Positions 37,915 to 51,739 are shown, counted from the stretch's first letter. The stretch is DNA of 64,000 nt from Leucoraja ocellata (GCA_036785375.1 JAWMAR010000471.1:1240001-1304000), one strand, 5' to 3'. The notes: generated by a model from the letters alone, not told the origin. Translations and numbers: made by a program.

Positions 37915-38297
37915 AAACTTACAAAATTCTTAAGCGGTTGGACAGGCTAGATGCAGGAAGATTGCTCCCGATGTCGGGGAAGTCCAGGACAAATGGTCAC
38001 AGCTTAAGGATAAGGGGGAAATCCTTTAAAACCGAGATGAGAAGAACTTTTTTCACACAGAGAGTGGTGAATCTCTGGAACTCTCTGCCACAGAGGGTAG
38101 TCGAGGCCATTTCATTGGCTATATTTAAGAGGGAGTTAAATGTGGCCCTTGTGGTAAGGGGATCAGGGGGTATGGAGAGAAGGCAGGTGCGGGATACTGA
38201 GTTGGATGATCAGCCATGATCATATTGAATGGCGGTGCAGGCTCGAAGGGCCGAATGGCCTCTACTCCTGCACCTAATTTCTATGTTTCTATGTTGC
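37915..38297 (+). mobile_element. CR1 3' fragment
   Basis: ORF2 end and tail. Confidence 0.9.
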
Positions 38298-38570
38298 TAA
38301 TGTTTGTTGCAGAATGTGCTCAGCTGGTGTACGCGTAATGTGCAGAGGACCTTACATTGATTGCTCACCATCACTGGGGAACGAAATATTGTTTTTGCCA
38401 AGACGCATTCGCGATGCTCGGGGGAAGTGGTCTAATTTTCCATTTAATTCTACTGTGTATTATTTAGAGTATAAATACACCAGCGTGTTTCATTTGGCTC
38501 ATGATCTGCCCGCGTCCAGTTACGTACAGGATAGACCACAGTTACGACCAAGAAGACGGAAATCTGAAAC

Positions 38571-38634
38571 ATGTGGCGGATACGGCGCATGGAATTCTAC
38601 TATTATCCAATTCTGGCTGCAATTGGAGTACCAG
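38571..38634 (+). CDS. GPCR-2 exon 1
   Basis: MWRIRRMEFYYYPILAAIGVP then G|GTAGGT; 64 nt, phase 1. Confidence 0.9.
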
Positions 38635-39282
38635 GTAGGTCAGGGGTGGCTTGTGTGGCGCGAATTCACATACGGTTCGAGGCTGTTTCTTATGTTTCAT
38701 GCCGGTTACGGGAAAATATTAAAGATAATGAGAAATGCTGCAAAGAAAATCTTCAACATGTTGCTTGGTGCCTGGTGGGAGTGAAACCACTGCGATGTTC
38801 GTCTACCGTCTCGTCTTAGGTCAAGATTTAAGAGTCAATGTTCATGAGTGTTTGCATGCCAAATGTACCTACAAGCGAACAATTAAATTCTCACTCAGCA
38901 GCAGCATCACATGCCTGTTGGCAAAATATACAGAGAATATTCAATAAACTAAAAACCCAAATCGTAGTTCAAAAATATAGTGATCTAAAGCCTGATAGGC
39001 TTTCAATTCTTGAAGCGAATGGCACCGGTTTTTATTACTCCTGCAATTTATTACAGATGGTAGGAGAGCGTGGCCAGCGTCATGCGGGTCTTTGGTCGGA
39101 TATAAGGAACATGAATATAATTATAGGCAGACAAAAATGCTGGGGAAACTCAGCGGGTGCAGCAGCATCTATGGAACGAAGGAAATGGGCAACGTTTCGG
39201 GCCGAAACCCTTAAAATTGGTTCTTGTTTTTCTTGCTCGAGAAGAGCTACCAGCTTTTGAAAGATTAGCTCTAACTTCAGAT

Positions 39283-39359
39283 CGGGATTCTAGCTCAGTG
39301 GCAGAGCGCATGCTTTGCATGTATGTGCCGCGCCACGTTCAATCGCTGACATCATCTCC
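39283..39359 (+). pseudogene. tRNA-Ala(TGC) pseudogene in the GPCR-2 intron
   Basis: gggattctagctcagtggcagagcgcatgctTTGCAtgtatg matches the 5' half of tRNA-Ala(TGC); T-stem and acceptor stem are disrupted. Confidence 0.8.
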
Positions 39360-40088
39360 CTGAGCTTTCCATGTGTTTTTTTTTCAGTAACGGGAAAAAG
39401 ATCGGCTATATCCCGCCAGATCAGCGAATGCACCGGCAAATGGCCGGCAAATGCCGAATTCCTGTTGTGCTGTGTCTCACTGAGTTGAGAAGTGGCAGTT
39501 CCGAGGGAATTGCTCTTTCTAGCCAGACGATCAGAACGTTTTCGTCAGGATTTTAATGTCAGACTAGAGCTCAAAAAGTTTAAAACGAGAGGGGCAAGAT
39601 TTTTCATCGTGGGTAGTTGGACCTGGGACTGGTAAGGGTAGCTATAATGGTCGAGGTTCAATAGCTTTTAGATAGGCACATGTATATGTATTGATTCGTG
39701 GTTCATAGATCACGCGAGGGCATTTGCGATTAGTTTATGTTCGCCACGTATTGTGTGGGACGAAGAGTCTGTTCCTTTGCTGTAGTGTTCTATATCCTAA
39801 GTTGCATACAATTCAGGTTTATCGGGTTAACCAGTTTAATTTATTGCCACGTGCACTGAGATATAGTGAAAGCATTGTTGTTGCGTACTAACCAGTCAAC
39901 AGAAATACGATATTGAATTACAATCGATCCATTTACAGTGTATAGATATCATAGTTAAAGTAAGACATGTTACTGTAGGAATTGAGATTTACGAGTGTAG
40001 AACGATTGTAATATATGTTTCTAGATCTGCTTCTGTGACTGGCACGCATATAGTCGCCTGTGTTGGATGCCAAGGCAAGACTCTCTGA

Positions 40089-40695
40089 CATAGAAACATA
40101 GACAGAGAAAATAGGTGCAGGAGTAGGCCATTCGGCCCTTCGAGCCTGCACCGCCATTCAATATGATCATGGCTGATCATCCAACTCAGTATCCTGTGCC
40201 TGCCTTCTCTCATTTAGCCACAAGGGCCGCATCTAACTCCCTCCTAAATATAGCCAATGAACTGGCCACAACTACCAACTACCTTCTGTGGCAGAGATTT
40301 CCACAGATTCGCCGCTCTATGTGTGAAAAATGTTTTTCTCATCTCGGTACTAAAAGCCTTCCCCCTTATCCATATACTGTGACCCCATGTTCTGGACTTC
40401 CCCAACATCGGGGACAATATTCCTGCATCTAGCCTGTCCAACCGCTTAAGAATGTGGTACGTTTCTATAAGATCCCTCCTCAATCTTCTAAATTCTAGCG
40501 AGTACAAGCCGAATCTATCCAGTCTATCTTCATATGAAATTCCTGACATCCCAGCAGTCAATCAGGTGAACCTTCTCTGTACTCCCTCTATGGCAAGAAT
40601 GTCCTTCCTCAGATAAGGAGACCAAACACTGTACGCAATACTCCAGGTGTGGTCTCACCAAGGCCCTGTACAACTGCAGTAGAACCTCCCTGCTC
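40089..40695 (-). mobile_element. CR1 3' fragment
   Basis: ORF2 end and tail. Confidence 0.88.
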
Positions 40696-41078
40696 CGTAA
40701 CCGACCTCTCGCTATAATCCAAGCCCGCAGTTCCAGTAAGATATTGGGAAATCACCTTTGCACTTTTTCCAACGCTAATGGCGTCCTCCCTGTAGTTCTC
40801 TGGGTGATTTCTCGCCGACGAATTGCACAACTGCATCAGAACTTTACCAGGTATGCCGTACTTCCTCACGTCACAGACGCCGGTGAACGAGTTGTTGAGA
40901 TTAAGTATGTTTGGCTGCGGGATCAGGCGCACAGCCGAGCCAATGGGGCCATTGACAGGGGCCACCGATACGGCTAAAAAGGCAACAGTATAATTGTATA
41001 ATACATACCCACAGCTAATTTTAGGTCATAAATTTATCATGCAATTGAACGTAATTATTTTTTTTTCTTTTCTCCCAG

Positions 41079-41992
41079 TGAACCTGGTTACCATTGTGAT
41101 CCTGTGTCGTGGAAAGTGCGGCCTCTCCAAATGCATCACCCGTTACCTGGTGGCCATGGCTACGGCGGACCTCTCGACGATCATAGGCAAGGTGCTGTTA
41201 GAGCTGGTTGCCGGAATCTATTGGAGGCACACATTCTTGTTCTACACTCCGGTGTGCAAGTCCATTATCTTCATGGCGGCCGTGGCTGTAGACTGTTCCG
41301 TATGGTTTACCGTGGCGTTCACGTTTGACCGCTTTGTAGCCATTTCCACCCTGAATATGAGAACCAGGTACTGCACCGGGAGAACCGCGGTGGTGGTTGT
41401 AGGGACATTGACCGCGCTCTTCTCTGTAAAGAACATCCCATGGCCCTTCGCGTACATCGGGTATTTAACATCTTCCGTTGGTCAACAAGGCTGCCTCCGT
41501 TCGCCGCATGTTTATACTCTGACCGGATGGGTGGCGTTTTCTGTGGCCGACCAATTGTTAACCCCAGGCATTCCGTTCTGTATGATTTTCTCCTTTAACA
41601 CCCTCACTATCAGATGCATTTTACAGGCCATTTGGATCCGCAGGAACCTCCGTGAACTGAGCAGCGCGGACCCGGAGACAGCGAACCGCAGGCAGTCCAT
41701 TATTTTACTCCTTGCAATCACTACTAGTTTTATCCTCCTCTGGGCGACAACAATCGCAGATTTTATTTACAATCATATTATACCATCACCTCATCGCGTA
41801 TCGTCGAGTAACAGTTTCCCATTGCTCCACAAAGTTGCTATTCTACTCCAGCTGTTCAGCACCTGCACAAACACGGCTATTTACACCATAACCCAGAGGA
41901 AGTTCAGAAAACAACTGCTCCAGGCATTGAAACTCCCATGCATTCTCATTACAAAATCGACGAAACCCATCCGAGCTAAAGTCTGTCAGTGA
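41079..41992 (+). CDS. GPCR-2 exon 2 (class A 7TM, GPR139/GPR142-like family)
   Basis: Acceptor ttttcttttctcccag. VNLVTIVILCRGKCGLSKC, MATADL, VAFTFDRF, NRRQSIILL, STCTNTAIY; spliced product 325 aa. Confidence 0.93.
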
Positions 41993-42117
41993 TTCGTTGC
42001 ATGTCAGAAGAAGGGTCTCGACCCGAAAGGTCAACCGTTCCTTCTCTCCAGAGATGCTGCCTGTTCCGCTGAGTTACTCCAGCTTTTTGTGTCTATCTTT
42101 GGCTCACGTAATAACTC

Positions 42118-42727
42118 ATAGAAACATAGAAACATAGAAATTATGTGCAGGAGTAGAGGCCATTCGGCCCTTCGAACCTGCACCGCCATTCAATATGATC
42201 ATGGCTGATCATCCAACTCAGTATCCCGTACCTGCCTTCTCTCCATACCCTCTGATCCCCTTAGCCTCAAGGGCCACATCTAACTCCCTCTTAAATATAG
42301 CCAATGAACTGGCCTCGACTACCCTCTGTGGCAGAGAGTTCCAGAGATTCACCACTCTCTGTGTGAAATAAGTTCTTCTCATTTCGGTTTTAAAGGATTT
42401 CCCCCTTATCCTTAAGCTGTGACCCCTTGTCCTGAACTTCCCCAACATCGGGAGCAATCTTCCTGCATCTAGCCTGTCCAACCCCTTAAGAATTTTGTAC
42501 GTTTCTATAAGATCCCCTCTCAATCTCCTAAATTCTAGAGAATATAAACCAAGTCTATCCAGTCTTTCTTCATAAGACAGTCCTGACATCCCAGGAATCA
42601 GTCTGGTGAACCTTTGCTGCACTCCCTTTATGGCAATAATGGCCTTCCTCAGGTTTGGAGACCAAAACTGTACGCAATGCTCCAGGTGTGGTCTCACCAA
42701 GACCCCGTACAACTGCAGTAGAACTGC
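42118..42727 (-). mobile_element. CR1 3' fragment
   Basis: 164-aa ORF2 C-terminus and tail. Confidence 0.92.
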
Positions 42728-42887
42728 AGGATGCCATGATTGAATGGCGGAGCAGACTTGGTGGGCGGAATGGTATAATTCTGCGGAATGGGGCGAATTA
42801 TGCCCCTTGTACGTATGACCTCAAGACCTTGTGGACTCATCTGTAACCGTTCCAAAACCTCCACGCACTCCCTAACAGAACTGCCCA

Positions 42888-43070
42888 CGCGTGTGTGTGC
42901 GTATGTGCGCGTTTGTGTGTCTGGGTTTGTGTGGATGGGTACGTGTATGCGTGAGCACATGTACCAGTGTACGTGCATGGGCGTGTGCGTGCGTGCGTGT
43001 GCGTGTGTGCGTGTGTGTGTGTGTGTGTGTATGTGTGTGTGTGTGGGTGTGAGTGTGAATGTGTGTGTGT
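42888..43070. repeat. Imperfect (GT)n microsatellite
   Basis: direct observation. Confidence 0.9.
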
Positions 43071-43076
43071 TGTTTG

Positions 43077-46000
43077 AAACATAGAAACGTAGAAAATAGG
43101 TGCAGGAGGAGGCCATTTGGCCCTGCGAGCCAGCACCGCCATTCATTGTGATCATGGCTGATCATCCACATTCAGTACCCCGTTCCTGCCTTCTCCCCAT
43201 ATCCCTTGATTCCGTTAGCCCCTAGAGCTCCATCTAACGCTCTTTTAATTTACCAGCGAATTGGCCTCCTCTTTGGCAGAAAATTCCACAAATACACAAC
43301 AATCTGGGTGACAAAGATGTTTCTCATCTCAGTTTTAAATGGGCGCCCCTTTATTCTTAGACTGTGGCCCCTGGTTCCGAACTCCCCCAATATTGGAACC
43401 AGTTTTCCTGCACCTAGCTTGTCCAGTCCTCTTGAAATTCTAGACGATCCTATAAGATCCCCTCTCATCCTTCTACATTCTCTCCTATCTTGAAAAGTGG
43501 GATAACATTAGAACTCTCCAATCCACAACAATTGATCCTCAATCCATGGAACATTGGGAAATGATCACCAGTGCGTCCACGATTTTTTGAGCCACCTACT
43601 TGAGTACCCTGGGATGCAGACCATCAGGCCCTGGGGATGTATCAGCCTTCATTCCTAATAGTCAACCCAATACTATTTCTCCCCTAATGCAAATGTATCT
43701 CTGTTCCTCTCTCTCCATAGATAATCTGTCCTCTAGTAGACAATAGACAATAGGTGCAGGAGTAGGCCATTCGGCCCTTCCAACCAGCACCACCATTCAA
43801 TGCGATCATGGTTGATCATCCCCACACAGTACCCCTTTCCTGCCTTCTTCCAATATCCCCTGGCTCCGCTATCTTTAAGAGTCCTTTCTAGCTCTCTCTT
43901 GAAAGTATTCAGAGATACGGCCACCACTGACCACTGAGGCAGAAAATTCCACAGACTCACAACTTTCCGTGAGAAAAAGTGTTTCTTCGTCTCCGTTCTA
44001 AAGTGCATACCCCTTATTCTTAAACTGTGGCCCGTGGTTCTGGACTCCCGTAACATCGGGAATATGTTTCCTGCCTCTAGCGTGTCCAAACCCCGAATAA
44101 TCGTATATGTTTCAATAAGATATCATCTCATCCTTCTAAACTCCAGAGCATACAAGCCCAGCCGCTCCATTCTCTCAGCCTATGACAGTCCCGCCATCCC
44201 AGGAATTAACCTTGTAACCCTACGCTGCACTCCCTCAATAGCAAGAATGTCCTTCCTCAAATTAGGGGACCAAATCTGCGCACAATACACCAACCTGCCA
44301 TTCGCTTTCTTCACTGCCTGCTGTACCTGCACGCTTACTTTCATTGACTGATGAACAAGGACCCCCGGATCCCGTTGTACTTCCCTTTTTCCTAACTTGA
44401 CGTCATTTAGATAGTAATCTGCCTTCCTGTTTTTGGTACCAAAGTGAATAACCTCACATTTATCCACATCAAACTGCATCTGCCATGCATCTGCCCACTC
44501 ACCCGACCTGTCCAAGTCACCGTGCATTCTCGCAGCATCCTCCTCACAGTTCACGCTGCCACTCAGCTTTGTCTCATCTGGTAGATTATTTGTGCCACAG
44601 GCAGTGATGGTCCAATCTGCACGGCCATCCTAGAGTCTGTCCTCACCTTCTCTATCAATGTCTGGTTTGGCTCAGAGGGATAGCTTACCCTCGTACGTCA
44701 TCTTTTCACCCCGCATTGCTCTCTCTGTTACATTCTGTTGTCCTTTGAACGTTTCCCATTCTCTGGCTTCCCGCTACTCTTTGCAATGTTAGAAACATAG
44801 AAACATGGAAAATAGATGCAGGAGTAGGCCATTCGGCCCTTCGAGCCTGCGCCGCCATTCAATATGATCATGGCTGATCCTCCAACTCAGTATCCCGTAC
44901 ATGCTTTCTCTCCATACCCCCTGATCCCTTTAGCCACAAAGGGCCACATCTAACCCCCTCTTAAATATAGCCAATGAACTGGCCTCAACTACCCTCTGTG
45001 GCAGAGAGTTCCAGAGATTCACCGCTCTCTGTGTGAAAAAAGTTTTTCTCATCTCGATTTTAAACAATCTTCCTGCATCTAGCCTGTCCAACCCCTTAAG
45101 AATTTGGTAAGTTTCTATAAGATCCCCTAGTTTCTATAAGATCTCAGTCTCCTAAATTCTAGAGAGTATAAACCAAGTCTATCCAGTCTTTCTTCATAAG
45201 ACAGTCCTGACATCCCAGGAATCAGTCTGGTGAACCTTCGCTGCACTCCCTCTATGGCAATAATGTCCTTCCTCAGATTTGGAGACCAAAACTGTACGCA
45301 ATACTGCAGGTGTGGTCTCACCAAGACCCTGTACAACTGCAGTAGAACCTCCCTGCTCCTATACTCAAATCTTTTTGCTATGAAATCTAACATACCATTC
45401 GCTGTCTTCACTGCCTGCTGCACCTGCATGCCTACTTTCAATGACGGGTGTACCATGACACCCAGTTCTCGCTGCATCTCCCCTTTTCCTAATCGGCCAC
45501 CATTTAGATAATAGTCTGCTTTCCTGTTTACGCCGTTTATTTTACTTTTATCCTATCCCTAACTTCCCTTGTCAGCCACGGTTGCCTCTTACTCCCCTTA
45601 GAATCTTTCTTCCTCTTTGGAATGAAATTATCCTGCATACTCTGGATTATGCCCAGAAATCCTGCTGTTGCTGGTCTATCGTCATTCCTGCTAGGAGCCT
45701 TTTCCAGTCTACCTTGGCCAGCTCCTCTCTCATGCCTCCATAGTCCCAATTGTTCAACTGCATCACTGACACTTCTGATTTAACCTTCTCCCACTCAAAT
45801 TGCAGATTAAAATGTATCCTATTATGATCCCTACCTCCTAGCGGTTCCTTTACCTTGAGTTCCCTTATTAAATATGGATCATTAGACAATACTAAATACA
45901 GAATTGCCTTCTCACCGGTAGGCTCCAGTAAAAGCTGCTCCATGAATCCATCTCGGAGGCACTCTACAAACTCCCTTTCTTGGGGTCCAGAACCAACCTG

Positions 46001-46140
46001 ATTTTCTCATTCTACCCGCATTTTGAATCCTCCTATAACCACAGTGGCATTACGTTTGTTACATGCCAATTTTAACTCCTGTTGCAACTTGCACCATATA
46101 TCCAGGCTACTGTTTGGGGGCCTATATATAATTCCCCTTA
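43077..46140 (-). mobile_element. Stack of CR1 fragments (3' ends, RT and endonuclease remnants)
   Basis: Tails at ~43077, ~43737 and ~44790; endonuclease-like IIYRPPNS and LVLSND peptides at 45537-46140. Confidence 0.85.
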
Positions 46141-46759
46141 GTGACTTCTTACTGAGGATGCTCCTCAGCTTCTTCCCGCAGGCTATAAGACTGATAAACG
46201 GACTTTGCCCCCTGCCAAAGTATTGCCAAAGTATCGCGCACCAACCATCAACCTGGACACACTGCAGCAGAGCCACTGTCGTGCCACTGCCGATCGGAAC
46301 GCCTGTTGATGTTTAGTAGAGAGTAGAGTGTTAATTTCTTCCTGATATATGTATTTTTATTTCTATTTATTTTTACTGCACACTGAATGGACACTGGTTG
46401 AGCAACGTTTTTTTGTTTCCTCTGGGTATGTGAGTACTCAGGAAAATGACAATAAAGATATACAATACAATACAATACAATTACCTTCACTATTCCTCAA
46501 TTCTATCCACAGCGAATCTCCATCGTCAGTCCCTATGTCACCCCTCGCAAGGGACTGAATTTAATCTCTCAGCCACAGAGCTGCCCCACCTCCTCTTCCC
46601 ACCTGCCTGTCCTATCTATCGGACGTATAACCCTAAATATTCAGTTCCTAGTCAGGATCCCCCCTGCAGCCATGTATCTGTAATCCCAATGAATTCATAT
46701 CTACCAATCTCTGAGTCTCAAACTCATCCGCTTTACTACTTATACTTCGTGCATTCATA

Positions 46760-47834
46760 TATATTCGAGGTTGAATACATTTTATCCAAACGCTTCTCCC
46801 AGATGCGATAAATGTTTGTTTCAAAACGCTAATATAGCACATTCATTTGTAGGATGTACAAAGTTGAATACATTTTGGAGTGATATATTTGATATATTTA
46901 CAACGCTTTTCAAGTCAAGAATATAACCCAAAACGGAATGGATTATATTTGGAATAATAGGAGAAGATACCAATTTAAATAAAGACCAAAATGTTTTTTT
47001 TAATTATGGGTTAATAATTGGAAAGAAAGTGATACTTAAATTTTGGAAAAATACAACCATATCAACTGTTAAAATGTGGATTAGGAATATGATGGACATA
47101 GCACGCCTTGCAGAAATGAGACTCCGACTAATAGATAAATATGACCAATTCTTAAGGAGTTGGTCTCCTTTCATCGACTTTTTGGAATCATGTGATGCAG
47201 CGGTACCGTAAAGATTGCTGATTTCAGTTCATGACGTGGATAGATCTACATATCCGAATACAGATTTGAAAAATTCTCTTTTAAGGGGCCTTCTCTTCTA
47301 TTTCTACTTTCTACTTTTTATTTTTATTTTTTATTTTTTATATACACACTTCACGTTTTTCTACTCTCTACCATCCATTTTTCCACTTTTTCCTCTTTCT
47401 ATTTTTTTTATTTTTCTTGTCTTGCTTACTTCCCTTTCATAATATAAAACTAGAGGTTGTACATAGAATGGATTACGGTACGACATAGTTGGCTCCTAAA
47501 ATTAAGTTCCACTGTACTGTTTTGTACTGTATTAACTTCTAATAATAATGATCTCCTTTTCTTTTTTATTTTATTTTATTTTCACTATTTTCTCTCTCAA
47601 CTTTCTTCATTTACTCGTTTTCTTTCTTCACACTATATATTTCACATCTTTCTATCCTTTACTATCTGACTTATTTTTCTTATTCTCATCTTTTTTCAAT
47701 GTAACAAAAAAAAGAAGTTGTACATAAAATGTATTATGAAAATATATATTAAGCACTTTGGTGCCATATGATTGTACTTACTTCTAATAAAATAAAATAT
47801 TTAAAAAAACTTCTAATAAAATAAACAAAACAAA

Positions 47835-47835
<1 letters not shown>
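46760..47835 (+). mobile_element. L1-clade LINE 3' fragment
   Basis: SPRCDKC...HSFVGC...FW and ILKFWK...WSPFIDF, similar to 12771-13316; T-rich UTR and A-rich tail. Confidence 0.8.

Positions 47836-47836
<1 letters not shown>

Positions 47837-47909
<73 letters not shown>
47837..47909. repeat. (TA)n microsatellite
   Basis: direct observation. Confidence 0.95.
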
Positions 47910-47911
<2 letters not shown>

Positions 47912-48697
47912 TATCTATTTAATATATAAAACTCAAATCCGTCCGCCGTCCGTCCGGCTGCCGTCCGGATCCCTTCCTGCCTTTTGATTCGTTCCCGTCG
48001 TGTGATGTCACAATGCCCGATGCTCGCAGACGTCCAATCGGGATGGATCCATTTGCATATGCCTTTGCACCAGCCCCAGCCCCTGGTGACCGTGTCATCG
48101 TGTGATGTCACAATGCCCAATGCCCAAAGACATTCTTGCCATATAGGGAGTACAGAGACGGTTCACCAGACTGACTCCTGAGATGGCAGGACTTTCATAT
48201 GAAGAAAGACTGGATAAACTCGGCTTGTACTAGCTAGAATTTAGAAGATTGAGGGGTGATCTTATAGAATCTTATGTTTCTATGGTTCCCTCTCCTCACC
48301 CATCTCCCTCTCCCACCCATCCCCCTCTCCCCACCCCCTTCACTCTCTACCCCACCCCCTTCCCTCTCCCCCCGCCCCCTTCCACTATCCCTCTGTCCCT
48401 CTTCCATCACTCCCGCTACCCCTCTCCACCTCCCTCCCCACTCTTCCACTTCTCTCCCCCTTCCTCTCCACTCTCCCTCCCGACTCTTTCCCCTCTTTCT
48501 AATCTGAATGGAGCTGTGTATTGCATGCTCATCAATTGAAATTATCAACAATAGGATTTAAAGTTTTGGAGTTATGCTGCAAGCAAACAGGGCCTTCGGC
48601 TGAACTTGCTTATGGCAACCAAGTTGCCCCGTTTACCCATATCCTACCTACCTGCATTTGGTTCATCTATCTATCTATCTGTCTATCTATCTATCTA

Positions 48698-49016
48698 TCT
48701 ATTAATATATAAAACTCAAATCCGTCCGCCGTCCGCCTGCAGTACGGATCCCTTCCTGCCTTTTGATTCGTTGACGGCTGCTCCTTCCTATCAGCTTCCA
48801 ACACACTTCGAAACAAAGTTGCAAGACAGGAACACTGAACTTTTCACTGCTGCAGCAGGCAGGGGAGGTGCAATTGAGGGAGGCAGGGGAGTGCTGGAAA
48901 CTTACATTTGGCAACTGCTTCAATTCCATTGGAGGAGACGGGTGCATGGTGGAATATTGGGTTGGGGGAATCACACCATTGGGGGAGCAGACCCAACGGG
49001 TCTGCACTTGGTCTAG
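48698..49016 (+). mobile_element. Non-autonomous Helitron-like element (5'-only related copy at 47914-~48130)
   Basis: 5' TC, subterminal hairpin gcagaccc-aac-gggtctgc 48987-49005, 3' CTAG followed by T; no target-site duplication. Confidence 0.75.
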
Positions 49017-49339
49017 TATATATATAAATTTAATCTGTTGCTCGCCTCATCTTTCACATCGTTTTCTATCCACTTGGACATAACCCACCTGTCACTTCGT
49101 GAGCTTTCTGCCACGTCAAATCTGGTGTTTTTCTTAACGTTTCCTATACTATCTATTCCTTTAACTCCATTCTTGTATTTCCCATTTGTCTCTTCCCCTC
49201 TCACCTCAGTTCAAACCCACCCGTGTAGCAGTGGCCAACCTGCCTGCCCGAATGCTGGTCCCCCGCCTGCTAAGGTGCAACCCCTCACTTTTTGTACAAT
49301 TCACCCTTACCCCAAAACATTTCCCAGTGGTCTAAGAAT

Positions 49340-49990
49340 CTAAATCCCTGCCTCCTGCACCAGTTCCTCTGCCACACATTCAGGTCGCCTATCTCCCTCT
49401 TCGTGCCCTCGCCAGCACGAGGAACGGGAAGCCACCCTGGAGGTCCTGCTTTTCAGCCTTCTTCCCAGCTCTCTGAAGTCACGCTGTAGAATTCTTCTTC
49501 CCGACATCGTTTGTACCAACATGCATGACCACTTCCGGCTGCTCACCTTCACCCTTGAGGATGCTCTGCAATCGGTCCGTGCCGTCCTGGAGCCTGGCAC
49601 CAGGGAGACAATACACCATCCTGCTGCCAGTCCCCGACTGCCACGGCTCTGCCTGACGTCTGCCTCTTCGGCATTGACTTGCAGACCTTGGCCCCACGCA
49701 CCGAATGGCAGTGTCTTCTGTCCCGACAGCTTCCAAGAGGGTGGACCTGTTTTAAACAGGTACATCCCCCAGGGCCTCCTGTACTCCAAGCTTCCTTCTC
49801 TCTTCCGGTATCTTCGGTGTGACGATCTCGCTGTAGGTCCCGCGCAGAAAACTCTCCGTTTGCCCGGATGATCCTGAGTTCATTCAGTTGCCTCTGCACA
49901 GTCCTTCAGGAGCTGAACTTGGACACACTTTTCACAGTTGTAGCAGCCAGAGGCACCAGCAATGTCCCTGACCTCTCACGTCCCGCCAGC
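49340..49990 (-). mobile_element. CR1 ORF1 remnant (zinc finger plus SGNH esterase-like)
   Basis: VYCLPGARLQD...PEVVMHVGTNDVG; CYNCEKCVQ-like motif near 49920-49945. Confidence 0.8.
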
Positions 49991-51087
49991 ATCACCTGAA
50001 TCAGTTTACCTGCATTCTTTCACTGCTTCTCAACCTCTCCAATTTTTTGGAGTAGTCTCCTACCGCAGCCTGCTCGGCGAAGACTCTCGAGCCACAGACT
50101 CGCACATTTCTCAAAGGCACTTCCCTCGACAAGGCCGCTCCCCTTTTCAGCCAATCCTTTTTAAATGACCTGCTCCAAAAAAAAACACTGACCAACTCCG
50201 CAAGAGATTACCTTCTCTGTAAATCCCCGCACTGACCCCTTCACATGCTGCTCCTCTGCCGACCTTGAAGGTATGTGTTGCCGGCAGGCCCCGACCGGTT
50301 TTTAAATCACTCGATCCTGAAAAAACACCGAGGTGCCCCTGTCCCACTTAGGAAACCTGAACGGAAACCTCTGGAGACTTTGCACCCCACCCAAGGTTTC
50401 CGGAGGTTACAGGTGGTTGCCGGAGGTTGCAGGTAGTGGAAGCAGGTGGGGAGACTGACAAAAACCTCCGGGAACCGTACAGAAACCTTGGGTGGGGCGC
50501 AAATCTCCAGAGGTTTCCGTTCAGGTTTCCTAAGTGGGGCAACTTCGCAAGAGATTACCTTCTCAGCCAATCCCTGCACGGACACCTTCACCTGCCGCTC
50601 CTCTGCCGACCTTGAAGGCATGTGTTGAAGGCTGGCCCTGACCGGTTTTTAAATCACCCGCTTCTGAAAAAACACTGAATAACTCCGAGAAATTACCTTC
50701 TCAGCCCATTGACATGAATTTATTGAATGCATGGTACATTCCTTTCAACAAATAAATGTTGGCGCTGCATACATTTGAGTTGTTTGCTGCTGGTTCATTT
50801 TGAGGGCTGCTCACCAAAGAAGTAGAGTTCCACCTCGTTGCCGTCGTAAATTACGAGGCAGGAGACAGTTCCAGCAGATAATAATAATGAGGAACGTATG
50901 GTAAGCTGTTCTGTGAAGTTCGAACGCAAGGGATCCAGGGATAACGAATTGACTGCAACTCGCAATTGGTTTCATGGATGGAGCATGGTGGTGGTGGAAG
51001 CGTCTCGTTATGAATGGGTGCCTGTATTTAGTGTTGTGGCTCGGGGGTCCTTCCTGGCGATACTGCCGTTTGTTTCCTTCAGATCAG

Positions 51088-51735
51088 TATTTAGTTTTAG
51101 AGATACAGCGCGGAAACAGGCCGTTCGGCCCACAGAGTCCGCACCGGCCAGCGATCCCCGCACGCTTATGTCCCTGTCCCACTTAGGAAACTTGAACCTC
51201 TGGAGATATTGCGCCCCACCCAAGGTTTCCGTGCGGTTCCCGGAGGATTTTGTCAGTCTACCTACCTGCTTCCACTACCTGCAACCTCCGGCAACCCCCT
51301 GCAACCTCCGGGAACCGCACGGAAACCTTGGGTGGGCCACAAATTCTCCAAACGTTTCTGTTCAGGTTTCCTAAGTGGGACAGGGGCATAACACTATCCT
51401 ACACAAACGCGGGAAATGTTAAAATAATAATAATAATAAATTTTATTTATGGGCGCCTTTCAAGAGTCTCAAGGACACCTTACAAAAATTTAGCAGGTAG
51501 GGGAAAACCATGTGAGGGGAATGAAATAAATAGTAGAGACATTATGCCAAGCCAATTAGCCTAGAAACCTGGACGTCTTTGGAATGAGGGAGGAAATGGA
51601 AGGTCATGGAGAACACTCAACAAGGTCACTGGGAAAACGTACAAACTCGCTACAGACAGCACCCGTAGTCAGGATCGTAACCGGGTCTCCGGCGCTGTAA
51701 GGCAGTAGCGCTGCAGCTGTGCCACTGTGCCGCCC
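51088..51735 (-). mobile_element. SINE split by a MITE (51169-51388)
   Basis: Reverse-complement match to the SINE at 574-955. Confidence 0.75.
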
Positions 51736-51739
51736 TAAT

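Noticed and set aside
40994-41078. ORF-track N-terminal extensions suggesting single-exon GPCRs (also 54840-54945)
   Set aside because: These are intron polypyrimidine tract or CR1 tail; true first exons with the conserved motif and GT donors were found
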